Source of the DNA: Antedon mediterranea
Lineage: Eukaryota > Animalia > Echinodermata
Direction of reading: 5' to 3'
Assembly (NCBI RefSeq): GCF_964355755.1
Contig: NC_092679.1
Span: 526,201 to 590,200 of the forward strand
DNA length: 64,000 nucleotides
The translations under genes and the position numbers were made by a program. Within the stretch, counting starts at the first letter, position 1. Each line of letters opens with the position of its first letter. Shown here one piece after another: positions 52,804-64,000 of the stretch. The notes below the pieces were generated by a model, which saw only the letters and a list, made by a program, of their open reading frames with translations, had not been told where the DNA came from and did no database searches.

Positions 52804-55446
52804 GCGCTGATGATGGATAGATCTAATTGTGTACGATTAAAACAAACTGATTACAATAATAGGAATATAAATATTATGCATCATGTGTACAAAGTTAAGT
52901 ACATCTCAACGTTTGGTTTATTACAAAATAATTTAGCCTCCCTCACTAGAACATTGTGGAAACACCTAATAAGACCCAATAATAAACATGTAATCATAGC
53001 AAACGACATTATATATTCAATATGACAATCTATCGATATGTAAACGATTGGCGCCTCGATCTTAAAACGACCTTTCGGATTTCCAACAGACAATCTAGTA
53101 TCATCCAATCGTTGTTTTCATCAACGGCTGAATATTAAATTAATTATATTCCGACTATATAACAATAATAGGCGTACTGTAGACAGAACGGTTACATCTT
53201 CAAAACATTATATTACTAAAACTATACTGTTTTATGATATTATATTTTGTTGTTCAATCGAGATTGCTGGGATGGCGAATAAACACTAAAGTAAAATAAG
53301 ACACCACGTGAAAAAAAAAGTGTTACATAAGCATCTTCTGTATAAACTGATTGCCGCTATCGCAACGCAACTAATCTGACCAATGACGCACATGAATCGT
53401 CAAAAAGGTCGCATGTAATTGGTCAATTCACTTGCGTTGCGCGTACGGATTTGCGTTGCGTCCAAGTCATCTAAACTTTAGCATTACAAAAGACTACAGA
53501 ACAACCGAAACATCGAGGCAATTAACTTATTCCCTCTTTAAAAATCAAAATGGTGATTTGAGACTAAGATGCGTAATAAGATGTGTAATGTGAACATTTC
53601 GGAAAAACATCAAGTTCAAGTTCAAATGTATTCACATAATGCAAACATATACAAAATATAAAAGATACAAGTGGTTGGAAATTAAGTAAATAATAGTTGC
53701 ATTATGCCTGGAGAATACCATTTAAACCCCAAGGGGCTTTAAGCCTGGATCCACCAGAAAGACATTAATGTGTCAATGTCTAGTAATTCTAACAACAAAC
53801 CAAGTCAAATTTTTCGCAATCATTTTGCATTTTTTTCTGCAAGATGGGCAAATTGTTTTATTCGCTTGATAGTCATATTATTATTACTATTTATCATCGG
53901 TAATATGATATGGTCAAACACTAAGTTTAGAAACATGCGCAGTTAAGGATGTGATGACCAGAATGGGTCATGGGAGACAATTTGACCTGGTTTGACCTCA
54001 TATTTATTCCGCGCATCAATTCGTTGGCATTTTCATAATAACGTCATTTTTCATAGTCAGATTCCCTAATGTACGTTATGTAATTTTTTATGGGCGAGAA
54101 CTGCTTCTTTTTTAAAATTAATACTATATTCAATAATGAATTTGACTCTCTCATAATTCTCCTAACATCCACACTACTGTATTATTATTATTCTTGTGTC
54201 TATATTCATGGTGATATAATCGTGTCTGCGGTAATATAGGCCTATAGGTAATATAGGCCTATAGGTAATATAGGCCTATTTTGCAGGTAAATCGTTTTGC
54301 AAATATTCAAACTAAGCAAACAACCAATAAATATTATTACAATTTATACCATCAATTATTTACATTAATTTTATGATTAAAGGGTAGTTCCGGATGAAAT
54401 TATTATCAGATATTGCCTGCCAAGAGGTGTGATATAACAATTAAGATTCTTCGAAGGAAATTATATTTTCTCGAATTTCGGTAGTCATGTGATGCCATTT
54501 TGACGAATCACGATCTCGTATTTACATGTGATATGTAATATAACTTAATATTGTTTTAATTTACATTATCGTAATTTGTTTTAGTAGAATGCTGTAGCCA
54601 ATCACATGTCGAAATGTCAGCTCGAATAGGTTATATTTGTTTAGTTTCTCTAATAATATTTATACAATAAACAGCGTTAATTTTACATATCCGTTGCAAC
54701 CGCCTCTAGCATTACCTGTGCATAATGTATCAACCTGTCAGTTACATAGATGTACATACAGTTTTTTTTTTATATTTCTTGTAATGTAATTTCCGGAATT
54801 ATCATTGGAAAACCGCTGACGAGTATAATAAAGGTAGATAGAAAACCGGTAATTTTTTCCCGGGGTGTACTTCATTCAAAAATAAAAAATAGCAAATCAA
54901 AAAATCGGCCAGCAACGAAAAAAGGTAAAATGTTTTATATGGCTATGATACCTATTGAATAAAAAAACGACGCGTTGAATAATGTTTTGTTCCCAATTAG
55001 ACGGGACACTGACGCAAGGACGAGGAGACGCAACGCAAGTGCGTGACGCGCCGAAAGTAATTTTACCATAATGATGCCAATGGATCATCCGAACTATCGT
55101 TTGTGATTGGTCAACGTAAGTGAGAACCAAGCTATATATTGTATTATCTTTGATAGTAACTATACGCAGTGCGCAGGCGCATATAACTTAAGTACTGGGC
55201 GAACACACGAGCGTTGATCGAGTGACATCAAGTCATTTAATCGCCATCGTGGGGATATACGTTCATGACTATCGTGGGGACACACATTAACATGTCCCCA
55301 TGTACAGCAACAGCTGTTTCCACAGCCACCAGACATAAAAGCACTATTCGAATATCTATAACACAATAACGATTTTATTATAAAAATTAAAGATTATTGT
55401 GGCTTTCGTATTAAAATCTAAACAGTTGTGTTCATAGAAGAGTTAA

Positions 55447-55759
55447 AGATGTATTTTTCCCCAAAAAAACATGAAAAATTAAGATTAATTACATCAGACT
55501 TTGAATAGGTTATTTTGTAGTTTTAATCAAGTTAATCAATTGCGTAGAAAAAAACGAACATTATGTTTTCACTAAAATAAAATGGTTAAATTCAACCAAA
55601 AAACAATTGGCTGGCAACCAATTTGACTATTTTTTGCTTTAAATAAAATTTGTTCAGGTAAAAACTTTTCGATCCAAGTTTGATCAAATATATAATATTA
55701 AAATGGCATAATCAACAAAAAACATGTACAATTTTTTTTTTCAGGGGGACAATACATCT
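55447..55759. mobile_element. Non-autonomous TTAA-flanked DNA transposon (Kolobok-like)
   Basis: TTAA at 55443-55446 and 55760-55763; TIR agatgtatttttcccc versus reverse complement agatgtattgtccccc. Confidence 0.7.
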
Positions 55760-56442
55760 TTAAGTAACTATTAAAAAATAAAATTTGTGCATGGTGTAGT
55801 TTGTACAAAAACCATTAAATGCTATTTACATGCGTTTGTGTTTATACAAGCCCGTTAAATGCTATGTACATGCGTTTGTATCAGTGAATACTTTTTAATT
55901 TTTTTTTAAAGCTCAGCTCAATGGATTGTTATTTTGCTTCAGTGACTATCACAATGTCTTTGGTGACGATATGTTTATTTCATAATTGTTAAATGTTGTG
56001 TCGATTTTACAGCCTACGCATCATCGGTCACGTGTTATTATTATGAGTTTCTTGGTGGTTAAAATCAGGACATTACGACAGTGTCCTCATTATACTCCAA
56101 TACGCTTTTAAAATGTCACATTGTCAGACGTTTGAGTTCAATAGTTAATTATGAAGCAGATTAGGCGTGCTTCAGAAACTGGAACTTTTAACTTATTATT
56201 ATGTGTAAACGCAACCCACAAGCGATTGGGTACATTTCGTGAATTTGGGTACTACAATTCTAACTAACATAAATAATACTACGGTCACGTGAAGTGAGGA
56301 GGATCGATCGGTTGATGTCTTTATGTATTACTCTCACGCAAGAAGAATCTTTATTAATAAAAATGATAGTAATACTAATTTAGGTCCATTGTACTGTAAG
56401 TACGGGGCGCCGTCCGACACACTAACTATTCTATCCTATACA

Positions 56443-56922
56443 TACCATGGTCTGATAAAGACAAACCATGGTCTGATAAAGACAAACCATGGTCTGATAA
56501 AGACAAACCATGGTCTGATAAAGACAAACCATGGTTTGTAAAGGTAAACCATGGTTTGTAAAGGTAAACCATGGTTCGCTAAAGACAACCGATGGTTCGC
56601 TAAAGACAACTGATGGTTTGCTAAAGACAACCGATGGTTCGCTAAACACAACCGATGGTTTGCTAAAGACAACCGATGGTTCGCTAAACACAACCGATGG
56701 TTCGCTAAACACAACCGATGGTTCGCTAAAGACAACCGATGGTTCGCTAAAGACAACCGATGGTTCGCGAAAGACAACTGATGGTTCGCTAAAGACAACC
56801 GATGGTTCGCTAAAGAAACCGATGGTTTGCTAAAGACAACCGATGGTTTGCTAAAGACAACTGATGGTTTGCTAAAGACAACCGATGGTTTGCTAAAGAC
56901 AACCGATGGTTTGCTAAAGACA
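56443..56922. repeat. 20/21-bp minisatellite in three consecutive variant blocks
   Basis: accatggtctgataaagacaa x4, accatggtttgtaaaggtaa x2, accgatggttcgctaaagaca x about 17. Confidence 0.95.
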
Positions 56923-59524
56923 GACCAATCACAAGCTACACTTCGGATGACCCATCGCGTAATGTTGCATTCGATTCCGCTTCGTACTGTTGCGTTCTAG
57001 TGGGAACCAAGCAAAATCAGTAACGCCTAAGTCATCGTACTTCAACGTAATTAAACATCACAGTGGTGTTTTATTCAGCCTAATAATCTATCATCACCTC
57101 CCTTCGTTATCGCCAATTTCACTAATCAAGTAAATAATTAAGTATTGAAAAGGTAAAATATTGTTGGATGCTATTAACCAAAAATTTAGTTAGTGCTAAC
57201 CGTTCGATAGTCAAACAATAGGCACAAAATTACTTGATATCAATCGTTTATTAGATCATTGTAATAAGCTGCGAACAAGCAACAAACAGTGCCCAAGACG
57301 TTTGTAAATTTGCATGAAGCTACTGTATACATTAAGCCTTGCCTACGCTATCAAACTTAATGTAACAAAATGTGTGTGTCATATCACTACCATATTTGAC
57401 CATATTACTATATATATTTGTGGGATGTGAATTAGTGTTTTGTGACGTCATGTCATTTTATCGCAGTTTAGTTAATATAAATTTCAATTTTGCTGAGAAA
57501 GTGTAACGCGTAAACCGTTTGCCTCTTGCAATGTCAACGCATCAATCAATGTCATGGATGCCATCGAAGTAAACATCAAATATAATCCATTTTGATTTGC
57601 ATTAGTATTTTAACTTCATATTTCGGTAAAAAGGGTTTATGTATGTTTTACTAGCTTCGGGGGATCTACAGCAAAGTCACGCGCACGTAAATCTATCACG
57701 TGACTGGTTTGGAGATTGATTGATTATCATTCGCATGCAAGTTCACTTTTAGTATCTGGGATGGCACATACGTGATGATGATCACGTGATAGTATACTGT
57801 CAGACATACAAAAATGTGCCTTTAGTATTTTAAACGCGAATACATTCGCACCTATGACGCTTTACGTTCAGAAGATAGATTGTTACCACTTTAACATTGG
57901 ACACGGAGAGGAGGCTGACAAGGCGTTTCAATACTTTCTTTTCCTTCCCTACAATTTAAACGAGAGTTTGTAAAACAACATTAGGCCTAAATTATATATA
58001 GTACGGATTATCATTATTACACGTGGTGTTTAACGAATATAGTCCTTAATGTATAATGCTGTGAGCTGTTTAGAGCGCTTTATAAATGCTGTTTTTATTA
58101 TTACTGTATTAACGCGTAAAACTCGTTTGAACGCGTTTAAACGAGTAACGCGTTACGGATATTCATGTATAAAATTTCTCCTTAATAACAAAACAAAGCT
58201 GTAATTAAGGTCATGTGTTAAGGTCCAATGAACGCTCAATAGCATCAACAAGTGTTAATGAAATTTAATAGTTTTTCCAAGATAGATTTGGAATGATAAT
58301 ACTAAAACAAACATCATTTTGTTAATAATAACGACGTTACAATGACGGCGATATTGAATCTGCAGCGTTCCATTCTACCCCATTGTACGTGTATAATGTA
58401 CTATTTGAATAGGAACCTATACAACTATATATAAACACTACACAGACTAAGTAATTAATTCACGTTTTAATATATTACTACTCGACTCAATAAACACACA
58501 TCAATAATGTTCTGCCCCCCGCGGGAGTTTATATCTTATGAATGCAGTACTACAGTATACAGCTATAGAAATCATTGCGTTGTAATCAACGCATTGTAAT
58601 ACACGACCGCAGGTAACATGTACTCATTATGGACACAAACTTTATAGAAGGTTTGGCCTTGACCGGTTGGTCAAAACTTTTAGCCAATCAGAGGATTTCT
58701 CTGGTAAGGATAGTCGACGGAACGATGACTAATATAGTTTTTGATTATATTTTTATTATTAATAATTATTTCTTCAAATAATAATTTATATATATTAGCA
58801 AATTTTATATAATTCTACTAAATTGCAAAGGATTATATATACAGTAAGTAGTAAATCGATACAACTTCTTTCCGCTATAAAAAAAAATATTAAAGAAATC
58901 GCTCGAGGAATAAATATATTACGTGCCAGGAAATTATTAGCGTCAGTTGAAACATGGCAATACTCTATTATAAGTAAGAATTGAATCTGCTATGTTAAAA
59001 CAACGTAAGATACAGAAGCAAACGAGGAATCGTTAAAAATGAATAAAGAATCAAATTCAACTAGCTGCAATTTGTGTTTGCTACAGAGCACTGTTATGTA
59101 CATTTAGTACAACATATGAGATGTGAATCCATTATCAGCATGGTATTAGCCACACCGACGACCTGAATAGCAGATTCGATCATGCAATGTACGCACCAAC
59201 ATTATATTAATGAATTATATGTTTTTCATCAGCTGCAGGCACGCCAAAACAAAACTATTGGTAAACATTGCAAAATATACCCACAGAATTATTGCATTAC
59301 AATGATTGATTCTAATTGGAGGTAAAAACTGCGAAAATCTGGTTTGCATGAGGGCTTGAGTTATACATATTCACCACCTTAAAGTCATATTCAAATCTCG
59401 TTACGGTTCGCACTGCTTTGCAATAAAGAACATACCTTAAACTCTCAAGTCGTAACCATAAGTCATATACATTCAAGTCTATGCTTAGAGCCTTTTAGCC
59501 CAAGTGCAGTGGCAACATATTTAA

Positions 59525-60075
59525 GAACGCATTCTCGTCGCGTGTCTCAACTCTGCCATGGTTTACCACATTCTAAGCATAGCTTTAAGTCCTTACCATA
59601 AGCACATAACCAGATTTCAGAACACATTCTCGTCGTGTGTCTCAACTCTGCCATGGTTTACCAAATTCTAAGCATAGCTTTAAGCCCTTACCCTAAGCAC
59701 ATAACCAGATTTCAGAACACATTCTCGTCGCGTGTCTCAACTCTGCCATGGTTTACCACATTCTAAGCATAGCTTTAAGCCCTTACCCTAAGCACATAAC
59801 CAGATTTCAGAAACACATTCTCGTCGTGTGTCTTAACTCTGCCATGGTTGACCACATTCTAAGCATAGGTTTAAGTCCTTACCCTAAGCACATAACCAGA
59901 TTTCAGAACACAATCTCGTCGTGTCTCAACCCTGTCATGGTTTTGCACAAGTCGTTAGCCTAAGCAAATAAAATATTCAAGAACACACTCTCGCCATGTC
60001 TCAACTCTGCCACGGTTTTGCACAAGGCGTTAGCCTAAGCACACAACATATTTAACACCACACCCTAGTCGTATA
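59525..60075. repeat. 95-bp tandem repeat (about 4.5 copies) with shortened degenerate terminal copies
   Basis: ttctcgtcg recurs at 59532, 59627, 59722 and about 59818; unit gaacacattctcgtcgtgtgtctcaactctgccatggtttaccacattctaagc... Confidence 0.9.
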
Positions 60076-60459
60076 TTCAAACATAGGTTATCAATTCTGC
60101 CTCAAAACATTATTAATATAAACCGCGTGAAAGGCACATGAAATAATAAAGGTCTGTTTACACGGTTAAATTTGCTTGGTTGCAATGAAATTGATTGCAT
60201 TTTACATTTATTAGGCTTATTCAAACATAGTGTAGAGAATGCTCTGATCAATTTCAATAAAACGCTTCTTCTGAACTGAGTATCCATTAATGAAACTGAC
60301 ATTCTAAAGGCCGTTAGGACACGAATGCCTTAATATAGTAAAAATAATGTAATTACTGTATGGTATACTGAGTATCTATTCCCTCATATAAAGTCTTTCC
60401 ATTGTACGATGATGTATAGAAACATATACTATGATGATGTATAGAAACATATACTATGA

Positions 60460-60655
60460 CGTTATCCAAATTCCTTCACTTGCACTGATGAAGGGCTAGT
60501 TTTGCCCGAAAGCTCTGCTAACTTTTCTGGCTGTTTTACTTTATCGTTTTGATTTAGCTTTTTCACTTTTTTGTTGTATCTCCATTGAGATCCAGCCACT
60601 GATACCCACAGCATTGTCATTTTTTCAGTAATTTGCCTTTGGATTTATATATATA
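60460..60655 (+). mobile_element. Penelope-like pseudo-LTR or retrozyme remnant
   Basis: Hammerhead motif followed by a T-rich tract ending in ggatttatatatat; no RT or GIY-YIG ORF nearby. Confidence 0.45.
60480..60520 (+). ncRNA. Minimal type I hammerhead ribozyme motif (Penelope-like element type)
   Basis: ttgca-CTGATGA(60485-60491)-a-gggc-tagtttt-gccc-GAAA(60508-60511)-gc-TC-tgcta; stem II 60493-60496/60504-60507; palindromic AGCT stem III; short stem I gca/tgc. Confidence 0.7.
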
Positions 60656-61184
60656 TCAAACAAGTGGAGTTCTTAAAATAAAAACAGTTGAAAAAAACAA
60701 TGACAGTGTCGGGAGTATTTTTGGAAGCCATTTTTTTTTCGAGGCTTTGTATGTTCCGACGACAAAATCGTTTCATAAATATTAAAATATTGGAAACATT
60801 TTTCAAATAGTATAAAATGGTATTTCTTCTCTATTGACTAAACCAGCATTTGCTGTAAATGTAAAACACATGACACCGCACCACGTGACCAAGATCATAT
60901 CTGCAAACTTGTCGCGCGCAAAGCCGCGTATAATGTAATATCAGTTTTAACTTCCGTTCACATGATGCTTTTGGGTCCTTATATTGCACCCCTGGTTGAC
61001 ATAAACAAACAAATGTGAATTCAAAATTCGACAACCGTGCACATTTGATTACATCAATGAGTAACGTAGAGATTACGAGCGTTTAGTCACTTCTCTATTA
61101 TAGCATAAATATGGCTGATGGGGTTATGTGTGAGGTTGATGGTACGATAGAGAGGGATACAGTTTTGAGAACTGATTTACTTAC

Positions 61185-61262
61185 CGAATGTGGCGAGTAG
61201 CAGCACGGGTGAAGGCCGCAGCGGCGCACCTACAGCCACAACTAGCAAGCGGACATAAACCC
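61185..61262 (-). other. Candidate 78-nt exon (possible upstream 5' UTR exon of the GPCR)
   Basis: Acceptor ttttgttcttgtag|GGG and strong donor TCG|gtaagt bracket a GC-rich island; contains a 4-codon ORF ATG TCC GCT TGC TAG; the other two frames are open. Confidence 0.5.
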
Positions 61263-62524
61263 CTACAAGAACAAAATGGTAAAATAATATTATGATCATA
61301 TTCGTTATATATAATGCGTTACGACGATTACTTCGGTGTGTGTGTCTCAACACACCTTAATTTTACAATAAATACATAGACATACTAGTGAATTTGTCTG
61401 TTGTATGAATTCAGCCTTATTTTTCCCAACGTGTTAAGGCAGAATAATGCATGAATATAATAAGATTACCTTAACATTTTCTTAATATACTATAAAATAA
61501 TAGACCAACGCCATCGATGGATTTCAAATTCTCTATAAGGTATTAATTATGCCATAACTACATACTAATCCATCGCTTGTGATTGGACAATTACTTACGT
61601 CACGTTCACGTCTCGCGTATCCAACACAACGACGATGTGGGCGTAACGTAAGTGATTTGACCAATCACAGATGATTGTTCGCGGATTCATCTCATCGTGA
61701 TTGGTCAATAATTGCGTGAACGTTGAATCAAGCGTTTACAAGTCGGAGAAAAAATGATGCGTCCGTCCACGCACGCACGCATGGGTTTCCTTTGAATTAA
61801 ATAAGTCAATAACACGCACGACACAAAAAGCATGAAATGCTTTCACTAGGAAGAACTAGCATTGTAGCGAATAATAAATATTTAAATTACATAGATACGT
61901 GCTGCATCTTTACTTGACATTTACATGGAAATAATGTATTTTACTGTCACTTACGTTTACTTATTTGGTCGAAAAATTAACGTTCAAGAAAAACTAATGA
62001 ATGATCACTGCGCGTCATGACGTCACATTCTAGATTTGTTCATTCCTGTCTTGACTGAAACGGAAGAAACTAGGATGTGTCGAACGATACAAGTTATCTA
62101 ATTGAAATAGTTTTAATAGAGATTAGTTTCAAAGTCTTTATACTGTTTTGTGTATACCTGAAGTTCATTATAACACTATTATTTTTATATACTGAATTTT
62201 GGTATTACAATTACGTTTTACGATGTTTTATATGTTTTAAATCTAGGTGTGAGATTTCCAATTCACAAGGAAGCTAGATTGATCAGCGTAACAATTTTAC
62301 TTGGATACGTGTCTAACTTGATTGAAACTCTCTCAGAGCGTCAGTGACAAATTTGACATGGAAATGGCATGACTTTTACGCGTCCGTCTAACTTTATTGA
62401 AATTTTAGCGACAGTGACAATTTGACATGAAAAATGACTTGACATATAAAAACTTGATTTTTACGCGCGTTTCTAACTTGTTTGAAACTCTCTCAGAGTG
62501 TCACCGATTGTATGCATGTTTTAG

Positions 62525-63265
62525 TAAGTTTGATGCATGGATGCTTGGTATGGTGCGTGGCAGACGCTTGGTGCATGGCAGTCGCTTGGTGCGGTGTGGC
62601 GGACGCTTTGAAGTATACGCTTAGCGTTTTATGCTGCATGGCAGTAAGCATGTTGCATGGTAGTACGATTGGTGCATCATGGCAGACGTTTGGTGCATGG
62701 GTAGTACGCGTGGTGCATGGTAGTACGCGTGGTGCATGACAATATGCGTGGTGCATGGCAGTACGCGTGGTGCAAGGCAGTACGCTTGGTGCATGGCAGT
62801 ACGCGTGGTGCATGGTAGTATGCTTGGTGCATGGCAGTACGCGTGGTGCATGGTAGTATGCTTGGTGCATGGCAGTACGCGTGGTGCATGGTAGTATGCT
62901 TGGTGCATGGCAGTACGCGTGGTGCATGGTAGTATGCTTGGTGCATGGCAGTACGCGTGGTGCATGGTAGTATGCTTGGTGCATGGCAGTACGCGTGGTG
63001 CATGGTAGTATGCTTGGTGCATGGCAGTACGCGTGGTGCATGGTAGTATGCTTGGTGCATGGCAGTACGCGTGGTGCATGGTATTATACTTGGTGCATGA
63101 CAGTACGCTTGGCCCATGGCAGTACGCTTGGCGCATGACAGTACGACGCGTCATATGTCGTCACGCGCTGTTTATAGCCGATGCATGCTGCTACGCCTGT
63201 CGCGTGGTACGCATGTCGTGTTGTACGCCTGTCGCGTGGTACGCCTGTCGTGTGGTACGCCTGTA
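62525..63265. repeat. 20-bp minisatellite with a 40-bp dimeric core, followed by a 16-bp repeat
   Basis: Alternating tggtgcatggcagtacgcgt / ggtgcatggtagtatgctt monomers at about 62790-63080; tacgcctgtcgcgtgg units at 63192-63264. Confidence 0.95.
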
Positions 63266-64000
63266 GCTGCTGTGTGACGTGAACATCAAATAAAGTCACT
63301 GGCCGGAAGTGCTACTCATTATCAATGGCTGACCGGCTTTACACGTCCACTTGATTCTAATCAAGTACAGCAATTAACAAACAAGTGTTTCCAAACATTT
63401 ACGGTATTTCAACATTTATACGAAAATTATCGATAAGGTTATTAAGTGTGATGATAAATATTGTAGATAAATGTAATAAGAACTGTCGCGTATAAGTAAT
63501 GTCCACTGCCATGGTGAATTACATTTTATATAAATTTAATATACTGTAGTAAATACAAGTGTCTCGATCGGCCAGATATTTTTCTCATATTTAAAACACA
63601 AAACTCTCCGAACGCTGGGTGGTGGAAAACAGTGTGGGTACCTTCTGAACTACTATATAACAAATATCTCTACAGCATATCGGTATCGGTACCGTACCCG
63701 ATAACGTATTATTAGAACGTTTATGTATACACTTGAGAGAAACTGGAAAAAATGGAATAGGATAAAATCAAATATGATTCATTGTGTTCATGTTATAATA
63801 ATATATACCGGTACATCTTTCCAAGATGGTTTTAACTTCTCCTATCCTACAGTTATGACGTCAGAATTTAGCCGAAACTATGTCGCATTAATAACTCGCC
63901 GTTGATCGATACTTGTACGGCAGAACATTCAATTAACACTTTGTCAGCAGTCACAAGAATACTGTTTGATGACGTAACAGCAATTGTATCTTCAACAAAT

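Noticed and set aside
56323-56833. Overlapping ORFs with 7-aa periodicity
   Set aside because: Products of the 21-bp minisatellite on both strands.
62427-63299. His/Cys-rich ORFs suggesting a metal-binding protein
   Set aside because: All three minus-strand frames give the same cyclic peptide from a 20/40-bp repeat; no splice or start support.

Overview
AT-rich, intron- and repeat-rich animal genomic DNA, not prokaryotic. The GT-AG introns, MITE/SINE/LINE content and heavy TAGGCCTA enrichment suggest a marine invertebrate, probably an echinoderm (inference). Three genes are well supported: a 4-coding-exon mitochondrial hydroxyacyl-thioester dehydratase HTD2 (+, 16385-17403); a single-coding-exon PPP1R27-like ankyrin protein with two PP1-docking RVxF-type motifs (-, 19163-19894); and an intronless-CDS muscarinic-acetylcholine-receptor-like GPCR with a remodelled ligand pocket (-, 35141-36451), with candidate 5' UTR exons up to about 25 kb upstream. 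A fourth gene, missed as a unit by the ORF track, can be assembled on the minus strand: a signal-peptide exon (10633-10740) spliced in phase to an acidic exon with two furin sites (3924-4419). This is an unidentified secreted proprotein whose C-terminus I could not place. The remainder is non-autonomous DNA transposons (PIF/Harbinger-, pogo- and Kolobok-like), LINE and SINE fragments, a Penelope-type minimal hammerhead ribozyme (60480-60520), many minisatellites and a 5.9-kb purine-biased satellite (28055-33975). All calls were made by eye; no database searches were run.
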